A stretch of 64,000 nucleotides of DNA. Source: Eledone cirrhosa (lineage: Eukaryota). Made by a program: the position numbers and the translations under genes. The notes under the pieces were generated by a model. The model saw nothing but the letters and a program-made list of their open reading frames with translations, did no database searches and had not been told where the DNA came from. The first letter of the stretch is position 1. The number at the start of each line of letters is the position of its first letter. The stretch spans positions 18,538,001 through 18,602,000 of the forward strand of contig OZ024763.1 in assembly GCA_964016885.1 (NCBI GenBank), written 5' to 3'. Of this stretch, positions 41,134-54,165 are shown piece after piece.

Positions 41134-43445
41134 CTGAGACGTCGTGGGGGCAGAGTCCTCAAACACTCCTCACAGTGGGTCCTGTCAGAAGCGACCGTCT
41201 CCATCTGATCCAGCTGGATCCCCAAACAAGACCAACTGAGCCCATCTGTTATCCAGCCATCTTGCTCAAATGAGTCAACCTCTGGTTTCCTTCTGGTTGG
41301 TTTTATCCGTAAAATCTGTCCAGTGATTCTTTCCTGGAAATATTCTAACCACATGTCCGTAGTATCGGAGCTGTGATCCGAACACTTGAAAGGAATTATT
41401 ACACATATGTCCAGCCTGTTAACTATTCTTCTGCCTCTGTCACATATACGAAGTCTAACTTCTCCGTAGTATCATAGCTGGATCCCCAAACGAGACCAGC
41501 CAAGCTCATGGCTGTTATCCAACCATCTTGGTTTTCATACCGGTTCATTTTGTCTGTGAAATCTGTCCAGTGATTCTTTCCTGGAAATATTCTAACCACA
41601 TGTCCGTAGTATCGGAGCTGTGATCCGAACACTTGAAAGGAATTATTACACATATGTCCAGCCTGTTAACTATTCTTCTGCCTCTGTCACATATACGAAG
41701 TCTAACTTCTCCGTAGTATCATAGCTGGATCCCCAAACGAGACGAGCCAAGCTCATGGCTGTTATCCAACCATCTTGGTTTTCATACCGGTTCATTTTGT
41801 CTGTGAAATCTGTCCAGTGATTCTTTCCTGGAAATATTCTAACCACATGTCCGTAGTATCGGAGCTGTGATCCGAACACTTGAAAGGAATTATTACACAT
41901 ATGTCCAGCCTGTTAACTATTCTTCTGCCTCTGTCACATATACGAAGTCTAACTTCTCCGTAGTATCATAGCTGGATCCCCAAACGAGACGAGCCAAGCT
42001 CATGGCTGTTATCCAACCATCTTGGTTTTCATACCGGTTCATTTTGTCTGTGAAATCTGTCCAGTGATTCTTTCCTGGAAATATTCTAACCACATGTCCG
42101 TAGTATCGGAGCTGTGATCCGAACACTTGAAAGGAATTATTACACATATGTCCAGCCTGTTAACTATTCTTCTGCCTCTGTCACATATACGAAGTCTAAC
42201 TTCTCCGTAGTATCATAGCTGGATCCCCAAACGAGACCAGCCAAGCTCATGGCTGTTATCCAACCATCTTGGTTTTCATACCGGTTCATTTTGTCTGTGA
42301 AATCTGTCCAGTGATTCTTTCCTGGAAATATTCTAACCACATGTCCGTAGTATCGGAGCTGTGATCCGAACACTTGAAAGGAATTATTACACATATGTCC
42401 AGCCTGTTAACTATTCTTCTGCCTCTGTCACATATACGAAGTCTAACTTCTCCGTAGTATCATAGCTGGATCCCCAAACGAGACCAGCCAAGCTCATGGC
42501 TGTTATCCAACCATCTTGGTTTTCATACCGGTTCATTTTGTCTGTGAAATCTGTCCAGTGATTCTTTCCTGGAAATATTCTAACCACATGTCCGTAGTAT
42601 CGGAGCTGTGATCCGAACACTTGAAAGGAATTATTACACATATGTCCAGCCTGTTAACTATTCTTCTGCCTCTGTCACATATACGAAGTCTAACTTCTCC
42701 GTAGTATCATAGCTGGATCCCCAAACGAGACCAGCCAAGCTCATGGCTGTTATCCAACCATCTTGGTTTTCATACCGGTTCATTTTGTCTGTGAAATCTG
42801 TCCAGTGATTCTTTCCTGGAAATATTCTAACCACATGTCCGTAGTATCGGAGCTGTGATCCGAACACTTGAAAGGAATTATTACACATATGTCCAGCCTG
42901 TTAACTATTCTTCTGCCTCTGTCACATATACGAAGTCTAACTTCTCCGTAGTATCATAGCTGGATCCCCAAACGAGACGAGCCAAGCTCATGGCTGTTAT
43001 CCAACCATCTTGGTTTTCATACCGGTTCATTTTGTCTGTGAAATCTGTCCAGTGATTCTTTCCTGGAAATATTCTAACCACATGTCCGTAGTATCGGAGC
43101 TGTGATCCGAACACTTGAAAGGAATTATTACACATATGTCCAGCCTGTTAACTATTCTTCTGCCTCTGTCACATATACGAAGTCTAACTTCTCCGTAGTA
43201 TCATAGCTGGATCCCCAAACGAGACCAGCCAAGCTCATGGCTGTTATCCAACCATCTTGGTTTTCATACCGGTTCATTTTGTCTGTGAAATCTGTCCAGT
43301 GACTCTTTCCTGACGTTCTAACCACATGTCCGTAATATCGGAGCTTGATCCCCAAACGAGACGAGCCAAGCCCATGGATGTTATCCAACCATCTTGCTCA
43401 GGGTGGGTCTACCCCTGGGTCTCCTGCTGGTTGATTTTGTCTGTA
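41134..43445 (-). mobile_element. RTE-related 3' fragment amplified as a 247-bp tandem array (~8 copies, ~41312-43340)
   Basis: Identical ORFs every 247 bp (41423, 41670 ... 43152) carrying SQLRYYGHVVR; the copies are nearly identical. Confidence 0.9.
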
Positions 43446-43690
43446 AAACTTTGTTACCTGTTTTTTTTTCCTTCTTTACTCGATTTTCAACCATTCTATG
43501 CCTGTTTCTTGGCCTTAATTGTCTCACCCCCGCTATCATATTCCCCCATCTAGTCAATATACTCTTCCCTGGAGCCCGGTTCCAGCCTCATATAACTAGT
43601 TATGTGTGTAGTGCGTGTGTCACAATGGCCAGCGGCACCCACTGCACCAGCCACCCCTACCACGAAGGGCTCCTTCTTTCGACTCTACAC

Positions 43691-43899
43691 TAGTCATGGG
43701 TAAACTGCGGCACGTTTGGTTTTCTGAATGGTACACCTAATTTCAAATTTGTCTTGAATGTTTTTGTAGTGCGGTCCGCCTTATGCTGAACCACACCCTA
43801 TGTGGCCCGCCTTATGATGAGCCACATCCTATGCGGCTCGCCTTATGATGAGTCACATCCTATGCGGCCCGCTGCTCGAAAAAGGTTGCCCTTGTTCGG
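43691..43899. mobile_element. hAT-type MITE (degenerate TIRs)
   Basis: 8-bp TSD CTCTACAC at 43683-43690 and 43900-43907; ends resemble catgggtaaact / aggttgcccttg; internal tgcggcccgc repeats. Confidence 0.6.
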
Positions 43900-43937
43900 C
43901 TCTACACCTAAGTCAGAGAAAAGTTGTCATATTATAT

Positions 43938-44130
43938 CAGACCTGTCAACTCTTCCCCCGCGACAGGGAGATCTCCCACCCACTTTAGGGTGGGTGAGAT
44001 GTGTTCTCTTGTGAAAATTGGTATAGCTTTCATTATGTAAAATCTCCCCATTTTGCTTTATTTTCCCCCGTTTTGGGGCACCTTTTTTCATGGTACTCCC
44101 CGTTTAGGTTTTTAGAGGTTGGCAGGTCTG
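43938..44130. mobile_element. MITE with TIR CAGACCTG(T/C)CAAC; a duplicated right end at ~44287-44317
   Basis: cagacctgtcaac...gttggcaggtctg; no clean TSD seen. Confidence 0.5.
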
Positions 44131-44243
44131 CTTTCTAATGTAGTAACACTCTACTATCTTACGTGTCGAGAACTCTGTTGAATAATGGTGTTACTAGTTT
44201 AATACGAGTATAATCCTGCTACACACACACACACACACGCACA

Positions 44244-44274
<31 letters not shown>

Positions 44275-44877
44275 CCACGCATACATCCGTTTGGGTTTTT
44301 AGAGGTTGACAGGTCTGTCATATTGACCTCCTGGCTCTAACCTCGGGCGGGATTTGAACTCAGAACGTAAAGAGGCGATGCTAATAATCTGCCTATAATA
44401 ATTGTTTCTACTTTTGGCACAAGGCCATCAATTACCCCAGAGCATAACTGGTACTTTATTTTATCGACCTCGTAAGGATGAAAAACAAAGTTAACCTCGG
44501 AGGGGATTTGAACTCAGAATGGCAAGGGCCATAATTTGCCTATTATAATAGGTAAAAAGAAATGATATTCAGAAAGAAGGAGAGGGAAGGCAAGAGAAAA
44601 TGGTATTTTACTCCAAGAGAAAGAAACATCTCCTATCAGTTAGTTAAATGTATTGCTTATCTCCGTTAGTCAGAACAAACGACTTTCAAACAGACTCGCT
44701 CCTTCCTTTTCTTATCTCCTTTAAAGAAGAAGGGAGAAAATGGCGCTTGTGGTGGTGGCGGCGGCCATGTCGGTGGTTGTGGTGGTCGTGTGTTTCTGTG
44801 TTTGTCTGTGTGTCCTACATATATATATATAGTATATATAGAGAGAAAGATATATATATATTATATACACACATGTA

Positions 44878-44929
<52 letters not shown>

Positions 44930-44972
44930 ATATATATATATATATATATACACATACACATGTGTATATATA

Positions 44973-45005
<33 letters not shown>

Positions 45006-45076
45006 AGAGAGAGAGAGAAAAAAAATAGAGATAAGATATATATATATATATATATACACACGTGTGTGTATGTATG

Positions 45077-45114
<38 letters not shown>

Positions 45115-45213
45115 CATTCTTTTACTAGTTCCATGGGCAAAAGAGTTGTGTGTGTATATATACACACACACACACACACATATATATACACACACACATA
45201 TATATATATATAT

Positions 45214-45258
<45 letters not shown>

Positions 45259-45354
45259 TATATATATACATACACACACATATATATATATATATATACA
45301 TACACACACACACACATATATATATACATAAACACACACATATATATACATACC

Positions 45355-45408
<54 letters not shown>

Positions 45409-45678
45409 GTTTCTGTGACAGTGATTTTATTGTTGTTGTTGCCTTTGTTGTTGTAACAACAACAACGCTGACAGTTGTGCCTGATTAAATTAGAAACATA
45501 TGTATTATCCCTCCCACCCACCACCACTCCACCATTTTCTATCTCCCTCCCCCCAGCCCTCCGCCGTCTCGCTGTCTCTCACCCCCCACGCCCCCCACGC
45601 CCCCACGCCCCCCACTCCTATGGAAAAGACAAGGTGGTGGACTGTTAATATGAAGTGTGTATACATTTTTTGGGAACA

Positions 45679-45714
<36 letters not shown>

Positions 45715-45913
45715 CTCTGTGTGTGTGTATTTATATATATATATATATACACACATACACTTACACACACACACACACATATATATATATACACACATAC
45801 ACTTACACACACACACACATATATATATATACACAAATATACGTTATTCCGGGTTGAATCGGAGGTAACCACAGTGAGTAAGGTACTCAATACATTGCAG
45901 AGTATAAAAGTTT

Positions 45914-46019
45914 TAATATAGATGAGATTCTACAGGACTAGAACTGTTTCATTCTTTAGAAATCATCAGATTTCTAAAGAATGAAACAGTTCTAGTCCTG
46001 TAGAATCTCATCTATATTA
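45914..46019. repeat. Perfect ~50-bp hairpin with a hammerhead core at its apex (minus strand)
   Basis: Minus strand: CUGAUGA U UUC uaaa GAA U GAAAC AGUUC (45941-45969). Confidence 0.7.
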
Positions 46020-46294
46020 TACACAAATATATATATATATACATACAGGGTGTCCAAAAAATTGTATACACTTATTTTTGGGGGAACACTATGTTTATGT
46101 GTGTACACACACATACACACACACATGGTGTCCCCAAAAATGTATACACACTTCAACAGCATTCTAATCAGTGTGTATATATATTTTTGGACACCCTCTC
46201 TCCCTCTCTCTCTCTCTGTATATATATATATATATATGTATATAAATGTATGTGTGTGTGTGTATATATATATATGTGTGTGTATATATGTATA

Positions 46295-46325
<31 letters not shown>

Positions 46326-46584
46326 CTACACACACACACATATTTATATACTGTATATTCTTAAGAAATGAAAAGACAGTTCTTATGACCCCTTCTACCC
46401 CTCCCCCACTACTCGCCCTCCTCTATCCCGCCCTACTCATCCCCATCCCACCTACCCTCTACCTACCCCACCCTCCCACCTACCCCCACACACAAAACAC
46501 TGATGGAACCTTTATTATTATTATTTTTTTTTGTTCTCTTTTTACCATGTAAAACACAGTTTCCCTCAGAATTTCCATCCCATT

Positions 46585-46593
46585 TCTACTACT

Positions 46594-46636
<43 letters not shown>

Positions 46637-46637
46637 T

Positions 46638-46673
<36 letters not shown>

Positions 46674-46674
46674 A

Positions 46675-46761
<87 letters not shown>

Positions 46762-46828
46762 GCTGTCACCACCACCACCACTACTACTATTACTACTACT
46801 ACTACTACTGCTACCACTACTACTGCCG

Positions 46829-46876
<48 letters not shown>

Positions 46877-46940
46877 ACTACCACTACTAGTACTACCACC
46901 ACTACCGCCACCACCATCACCACTATTACTACCAACACCA

Positions 46941-46998
<58 letters not shown>

Positions 46999-47028
46999 AC
47001 CACTACTACTGCCGTCACCACCACCACC

Positions 47029-47117
<89 letters not shown>

Positions 47118-47125
47118 TACCACCA
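46585..47125. repeat. (ACT)n/(ACC)n trinucleotide array
   Basis: Direct inspection. Confidence 0.95.
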
Positions 47126-47199
47126 ACGTCATGTCACATATATTGGTAAGCTACAGCTGGACACTGAAGGTGGCAGTTATGGTCAGAGAAATGTGTTGG

Positions 47200-47302
47200 A
47201 CATCATGTCACATACACACATTGACCAACTGGAGCAGGATATTGGTCTGGGGTATGTCCAAGAATTGACAAAGGCAATAGTGGACAGAAACATGTGGCTG
47301 AC
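47200..47302 (+). mobile_element. Decayed RTE C-terminal fragment
   Basis: THIDQLEQDIGLGYVQELTKAIVDRNMW resembles the RTE end at 1-177. Confidence 0.55.
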
Positions 47303-47319
47303 GTCTCTCTCTCTCTCTC

Positions 47320-47394
<75 letters not shown>

Positions 47395-47544
47395 TCATCA
47401 TCATCATCATCGTTTAACGTCTGTCTTCCACACTAGCATGGGTTTAGACGGGTATTGTCCCACTTGAGGCAAGATTGGTCGGGTGACCGTGTCCCGCTCG
47501 TATAGGACTGTCTGGCAGGTTTTCTACGGCTGGATGCCCTTCCT

Positions 47545-48312
47545 AAGAAATTAAAAGATGGTTAGAAAAGTTCCATGTATTTTATTATGCGCATTTCAAA
47601 AACAAATATCATCCAGGGACGATATTTGCGTTCTCATCAGATAAAAATGGGGAGACATGATATGAAGCTTAAAAAAAGACACTTGTGAGTAAGGTAGTGT
47701 CTAAACACTATTTATCATATGTTGTTTAGACACTACCCTGCTCACAAGTGTCTTTTTTAAGCTTCATATCATGTCTCCCCATTTTTATCTGATGAGAACG
47801 CAAATATCGTCCCTGGATGATATTTGTTTTTGAAATGCGCATAATAAAATACATGGAACTTTTCTAACCATCTTTTAATTTCTTCTTATGTATACTCCAG
47901 TCCAATAAACTGTTGAGTGCTACTTATCCGATATTTGCATTGCTTTATTGTGCTACAATAAAACTCACCTCCTACATATATATATATAATGTAGGAGGTG
48001 AGTTTTATTGTAGCACAATAAAGCAATGCAGATATCGGATAAGAAGCACTCTACAGTTTGTAGGACTGGAGTATACATAATATATAAGATCAAAAGATGG
48101 TTAAAAGAGTTCCATGTATTTTATTATGCGCATTTCAAAAACAAATATCATCATGCAATAACATTTGTGTTTTCATCAGATAAAATAGGAGGACATGATA
48201 TGAAGGTTAAAAAAACACTTGTGGATAGTGCAGTTTTAAATCAACATATATTTTTGAAATGCGCATAATAAAATACATGGAACTCATTTAACCATCTTTT
48301 GATCTTATATAT
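47545..48312. mobile_element. Compound fold-back of the UGCGCA hammerhead family (three HHRs in alternating orientation)
   Basis: Hairpin 47545-47884 has HHRs at 47580-47646 (-) and 47783-47849 (+). A further inverted copy has an HHR at 48117-48187 (-). Confidence 0.8.
47783..47849 (+). ncRNA. Type-I hammerhead ribozyme
   Basis: UUUUAU CUGAUGA GAAC GCAAAUAUCGUCC cu GGAUGAUAUUUGU UUUU GAAA UGCGCA UA^AUAAAA. Confidence 0.8.
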
Positions 48313-48326
48313 TATATATATATCTA

Positions 48327-48378
<52 letters not shown>

Positions 48379-48384
48379 ATATAA

Positions 48385-48572
48385 TTCTCTTCTTTTGGCA
48401 TATGGCCAGCAAATACCCCAGTGCATTACTGGTACTTTATTTTATCGACCCCTGTAAGGATGAAAGACAAAGTTAACCTCGGCGGGATTTGAACTCAGAA
48501 TGGCAAGGGCCGTAACTCTATGCGTCAAAGCATGGCGTCCGACCCTCTACCGATACTGCCAATCCACCGCCG
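48385..48572 (-). mobile_element. Full-length tRNA-derived SINE family A
   Basis: Minus strand: ggcggtggattggcagtatcggtagagggtcgg...gagttcaaatcccgccgagg. Confidence 0.85.
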
Positions 48573-49036
48573 TTATATACACAATATAATGGAATGTATT
48601 CAAGGATCTAAGGATCTAAAAAATGGGGAGTCTAGGCTGGAATGCCTTTGGCTGTATGACCAGGGCTGACCTGCCCGCCCCCCTCCCACGATCCAAACAA
48701 CAACACTAACAGTCCTTCTTTGTGTCTTATTCCTTGGAATTGAATGAAGTTAAAATGTCTGGGAGTGTCCATATAGTCCCCCCCTCGCCTCAGCCCCATC
48801 TCTCCAACACCCACTACCCCAGCCCTTGCTCCTCCAACGTCCTTATCCCACCCTACCCCCTCTATCACCTCCAAATCCTCCTACCCCCTCTCACCCCCTC
48901 CAACACCCCCTACCCCTCTCACCACCTCCAACACCCCCTACCCCAGCCCTGTTGGTTCCAGAAGATTTATAGTTTAGTAACTATAGTGTCTCAGACACAT
49001 GGCAAGTTGAATGAAGACTCTGAAAACGTGTAGTTT

Positions 49037-49121
<85 letters not shown>

Positions 49122-49764
49122 GTCTCTATCTCTGTCTCTTTCTCTCTATCTGTCACTATCTCTGTCTCTATCTGTCTCTCTCTGTCTCTATCTCTGTCTC
49201 TGCTTCTATCTCTCTGTATCTCTCTGCCTCTCTCTGTCTCTGTCTATCTCTCTGTGTCTCTCTCTCTCTGTCTCTGTCTATCTCTCTGTCTCTCTCTCTC
49301 TGTCTCTGTCTCCTATGTACAGATGGGATGGGGGCATGTTGACACATTCTCACACGCACACATTGACACATATCCACTCACGCATACACGTATCCACATA
49401 CACGTACACACTTATTCACACACGTTTCCCCACACACACCAACACGTATCCATACCCATACACACACACACCCACACACCAGTATCCATACCCACACACG
49501 TATCCACACATACACACACATACACACACTCACACGTATCAACACACACATACACACACACACCCACACACCAGTATCCATACCCACACACGTATCCACA
49601 CATACACACACATACACACACTCACACGTACCCACACACACAAAAGCAGAAAAGAGCTCAATGTATACCCCCAGCTGTATGTGTGAGTGTATATATGTGT
49701 TTGTGTGGTGTGTGTATATATATGTATATATATATATATGTATATATATATGTGTATATATATA

Positions 49765-49811
<47 letters not shown>

Positions 49812-49903
49812 ATATATACGTGTATATATATATATATGTATATATATATGTGTATATATATGTATATATGTGTATATGTGTGTGTGTTTGTGTGTATATA
49901 CAC

Positions 49904-49973
<70 letters not shown>

Positions 49974-50104
49974 CATCATCATCATCATCCCCACTGTTTT
50001 ACGTTCGTTCTTCCATGCTAGCATGGGTTAGACGGGTTGTCCTGATATAGGCAGTGTCTGGTCAGCTGACCTTGTCTTGCTCATACGGGAAATGATTCTG
50101 GCTT

Positions 50105-50156
<52 letters not shown>

Positions 50157-50206
50157 ATATATATATATATATCATATATATATATATATGTATATATATA
50201 TGTGTG

Positions 50207-50242
<36 letters not shown>

Positions 50243-50250
50243 TATATGTG

Positions 50251-50375
<125 letters not shown>

Positions 50376-50516
50376 ATACATATATATATATATATATGTG
50401 TGTATATATATATATGTATATATATACATATATATATATATATGTGTATATATATATATGTGTATATATATATATATATGTGTATATATATATATATATG
50501 TGTATATATATATATA

Positions 50517-50566
<50 letters not shown>

Positions 50567-50816
50567 CATATATATATGTATATGCGTGTGTATGTGTATG
50601 TATATGCGTGTATATGTATGCGTGTGTATGTGTGTGTATATATGTATATATGTGTGTGTATATATATATATATATATGTGTGTGTGTATATATATATATA
50701 TGTGTCTGTATGTATATATATATGTGTCTGGATGTGTATGTATATATATATGTGTCTGTATGTATATTTATATATATACATAAGTTTACCGTTACGCATA
50801 TATTTCATATTTCTTA

Positions 50817-50927
50817 ATAGTCTCTGATGAAATGATTGAACTTGGATGTATGGTAAATTGAGTTATACTGTCTCCAGTATTTAGCAATTTATAGACAATT
50901 CTATCATGGAAACAATTGTAAGACTGT
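50817..50927 (+). ncRNA. Type-I hammerhead ribozyme with an extended stem II
   Basis: AUAGUCU CUGAUGA A AUGAU UGAA ... UUCU AUCAU G GAAAC AAUU GUA^AGACUGU, followed by AAUAAA. Confidence 0.78.
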
Positions 50928-50969
50928 AAATAAATTTCCTTGTTTGTACTGTCCACCATGTTATTCTTC

Positions 50970-51039
<70 letters not shown>

Positions 51040-51140
51040 ATAACGAAAGGAATAGACCTGCTTTTCTTGAAGAAACCTTTTTCGTTTCTTCTACTGCTCA
51101 CTCTCCTCTATCTTTCTCTTTCTTTACTTTTTTCACTCTG

Positions 51141-51176
51141 CTTTCTGATGAAGGATTAACGTCCGAAACGTTACAA
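51141..51176 (+). ncRNA. Minimal hammerhead core (stem I decayed)
   Basis: CUGAUGA A GGA uuaacg UCC GAAACGUUA, with palindromic AACGUU. Confidence 0.55.
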
Positions 51177-51269
51177 CTTTTACTACGATATCAAGCATGC
51201 CTGGACAATATGTAAAGAAAATAAACCGAATACTCTGATGGCTGGATAATCTTTAAGATTTTCCTCGAT

Positions 51270-51718
51270 GAAGAAGGAAAAATGCAGGTTTTCAACTAAG
51301 AGGATGAAGAAAATGAATTTTTTTTATGTGCATAATAATCAGCTAGACGTAACGGCTCAAAAAAGCCCTAAAAAGCTGAAAAAATGAAGTTTTTCACCTA
51401 ATGCGGGCCCTAGGCCATAAAAAAGTTGGATTTTCTTTGCTCACGGTATAAAGAAGAGACTGACTAATACATAGTTACAATTTCAAGGAAATCGGTCTGA
51501 CGTAACGCCTAAAAAAACCCCTAAAAATCTGAAAAAACGCAGTTTTTCACCTAATGCGGGCAGTAGGGGATCAAAAAGTTGAAGTCGAAGTTATGTGCAT
51601 AACACTCCCTGAAACATAAGTAATACACATGTAAAGTTTGAAAAAAATCGGTTGGGCACTTCTCGAGTTTTAGGGATTTAAACTCACAGACACACATCCT
51701 CAGTTTTATATATATAGA
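51270..51718 (-). mobile_element. Probable non-autonomous Helitron-like fragment (5' part)
   Basis: Minus strand begins TCTATATATATAAAACTGAGGATGTGTGTCTGTG; internal ~155-bp duplication; no 3' CTAG/hairpin seen. Confidence 0.4.
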
Positions 51719-51969
51719 TATATATATATCTCCGTATTTTGTTGATTGATAGCTGGCAGAAAGGAGTACTCAATACTAAAGTAGAGTTTATATATTCATG
51801 TTATTAAGGTTACATAAGTGAGTCTTGTTACTGTGGAGTTTCACCTGTTTATCACAGGGTCATTCCACTGATAAACAGGTGAAACTCCAGAGAAACAAGA
51901 CTTGAATATTAAAACCCTACTTCAGTATTGAGTACTCCTTTCTGCCAGCCTTCATTATATATATATCCA

Positions 51970-52157
51970 TCGGTGGATTGGCAGTATCGGTAGAGGGTCG
52001 GACGCCATGCTTTCCAGCATACTTACGTCTCTTTACGATCTGAGTTCAAATCCCGCCGAGGTTGACTTTGCCTTTCATCCTTACGGGGTCGATAAAATAA
52101 AGTACCAGTAATGCACTGGGTAATTGCTGGCCTTGTGCCTAAAGTAGAAACAATTAT
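51970..52157 (+). mobile_element. Full-length SINE family A
   Basis: A box, B box and core are present; a possible TSD tatatatatccatc lies on both sides. Confidence 0.85.
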
Positions 52158-52709
52158 ATATATCCATCAAGTTGGATACAGTAAGGAACTGATTAGATCA
52201 TTACTCACCAGAGTACTTGATACTTGGGGCGGTGGAGTATTGAACTAGCTGTTAAAACGGCAGAAGCTCAGCCGTCGTGCTTCCGACTCTTTCACACCTC
52301 TCTCTCTCTCTCTATATATATATACATATAATATATACACATATATATATACACATATACAGATATATATATACATATACATATATATATATATGTGTGT
52401 ATATATATCTAAGTCTAAAGTCTGTCTTAAGCCAGATGGCTCATTTGGCCGGTGCTTATCCTGGTTTCATGGCGTGAAGCGACTGAGAGTACACGACTTC
52501 CCCCTGGACAGGACGCCAGTCCATCGCATGGTTAAACCTCCAGCTATTGCTGGTACTCATTTTCAGCTGAGTATACTGGAGCAATATATATACACACACA
52601 TATACATACATATAGATATACACACACACACACATATATATATATATATGTTAGGTAATTCTGAATAAAAAGCAAAGGAAAAAAGAGTGCTCTATATATA
52701 GAACAGAGC

Positions 52710-52928
52710 TATTTAATTAGAGAGTGAACAACACAATATAACTACTCCATTACCAAAGGTTTCTGGATCCCAGACAATATTAACATACGTCTGGATCGTT
52801 CATCAGACAGAGATGAACGATCCATCTCTCTCTGATGAACGATCTAGACGTATGTTAATATTGTCTGGGATCCAGAAACCTTTGGTAATGGAGTAGTTAT
52901 ATTGTGTTGTTCACTCTCTAATTAAATA
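52710..52928. mobile_element. ~100-bp-arm palindrome carrying divergent hammerhead motifs
   Basis: Minus 52745-52812: CUCUGU CUGAUGA AC GAUCCAGAC..GUCUGGGAUC CA GAAACC uuu GGUA^AUGGAG; mirror copy on + at 52826-52893. Confidence 0.7.
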
Positions 52929-53226
52929 TATAGGGTATATATTTTCTCCTCGCTCATATATTCACCCAGCTTATACTGATAGAATAACTATGTAGCTTGT
53001 GTCTCTTCCTATCTTCGGTTAGCTTTCCTCTGTGTTGTTTACTTGTCTCACTCGCTTTACGCGTTTTACTTGTCCTAATAACTTATTTTAGTTATTATTG
53101 CGCCAACGTGAGGTATATGATTTTTAATGCAATGAAATACCTATGACCGTTGGTAAATCACTGACGAGGGACTCATTTTACAACATGTTATCCATGTGCA
53201 ACCATGCAGTATTCTTCTCCCCATTT

Positions 53227-53286
<60 letters not shown>

Positions 53287-53645
53287 GGTTAAAATACTGG
53301 AGCGTGTTGGAGTTAAACACCCTCTTCGTATTATAGAAATGACAGTAAAAGGTATAGCTCAATGTAGTTAAACAGAGCCGAAAAATTAATATATATATAT
53401 ATTAATATATATATATATAAGTAGAAGTGGTATTTAATTTGTTGGAAGTCCGTAATATTTTTTATTTTTTCTCTCTTTCTCCAGTGTCATTTAAATAAAA
53501 GGTTGTTTTTCAATTATTTACATATTCATTTGCATATTCACACATAAGTTTGAATAATCCCTAATATATTTCCACTATCCAGTGACTTTCCAACCGATAA
53601 GGTATGATTTTCATGGGTATGTCTCTATTTATAAAACAAACTTTG

Positions 53646-53709
53646 TATTTTATCTGATGAAAGCGTACCAATGTTGTCTTGGTATCCTTGAAATATATAT
53701 AATAAAATA
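53646..53709 (+). ncRNA. Type-I hammerhead ribozyme (AUUUUAU family)
   Basis: UAUUUUAU CUGAUGA AAGC GUACCAA uguuguc UUGGUAU CCUU GAAA UAUAUA UA^AUAAAAUA. Confidence 0.82.
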
Positions 53710-53738
53710 AATATGGTTTTATAAATATAGTTTCCATT

Positions 53739-54072
53739 TGTGGAGGCACATGGCTTAGTGGTTAGAACATTGGCCTTGCAATTGAAAGGTTGTGAGTTCA
53801 ATTCTCAGACCTGGTGATGTGTTGTTTCCTTGAGCAAGACACTTTATTTCACATTGCTCCAGTTCACTCAGCTGTAGAAATGAGATGATAGGGACCCCAG
53901 TCATTCCACTGTAAACTGGTTGTGGAGGTGCCACGGCAAAAAACCATCCAGCACTCACTATAAATGAGGTTGGTGTTAGGACGGGCATCCAGCTGTAGAA
54001 ATCAAACCAGAATCAGTTCCTGTCCCACCCTTGCAAGCAGGGAAAAGCGGACATAAAATGATGATGATGATG
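53739..54072 (+). mobile_element. Composite SINE (family B tRNA head plus ggttggtgttaggaagggcatccagc tail ending in (ATG)n); second copy at 63288-63630
   Basis: The two copies align along their full length. Confidence 0.8.
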
Positions 54073-54165
54073 GTTTATTTAATATCATTGTATATATATA
54101 TATATATGGGCGGTGCCCCAGCATGGCCTCAGCTGAAACAGGTAAAAGAGTAAAATATATATATA

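Noticed and set aside
40453-41354. Poly-K, poly-E, poly-F and poly-S ORFs
   Set aside because: They are translations of a (GAA)n retroelement tail.
41423-43388. Eight repeated 76-aa ORFs resembling a tandem gene family
   Set aside because: They are frameshifted RTE debris inside a 247-bp tandem repeat.
51970-52060. tRNA gene candidates at A/B boxes
   Set aside because: No cloverleaf; these are SINE heads followed by a shared core.
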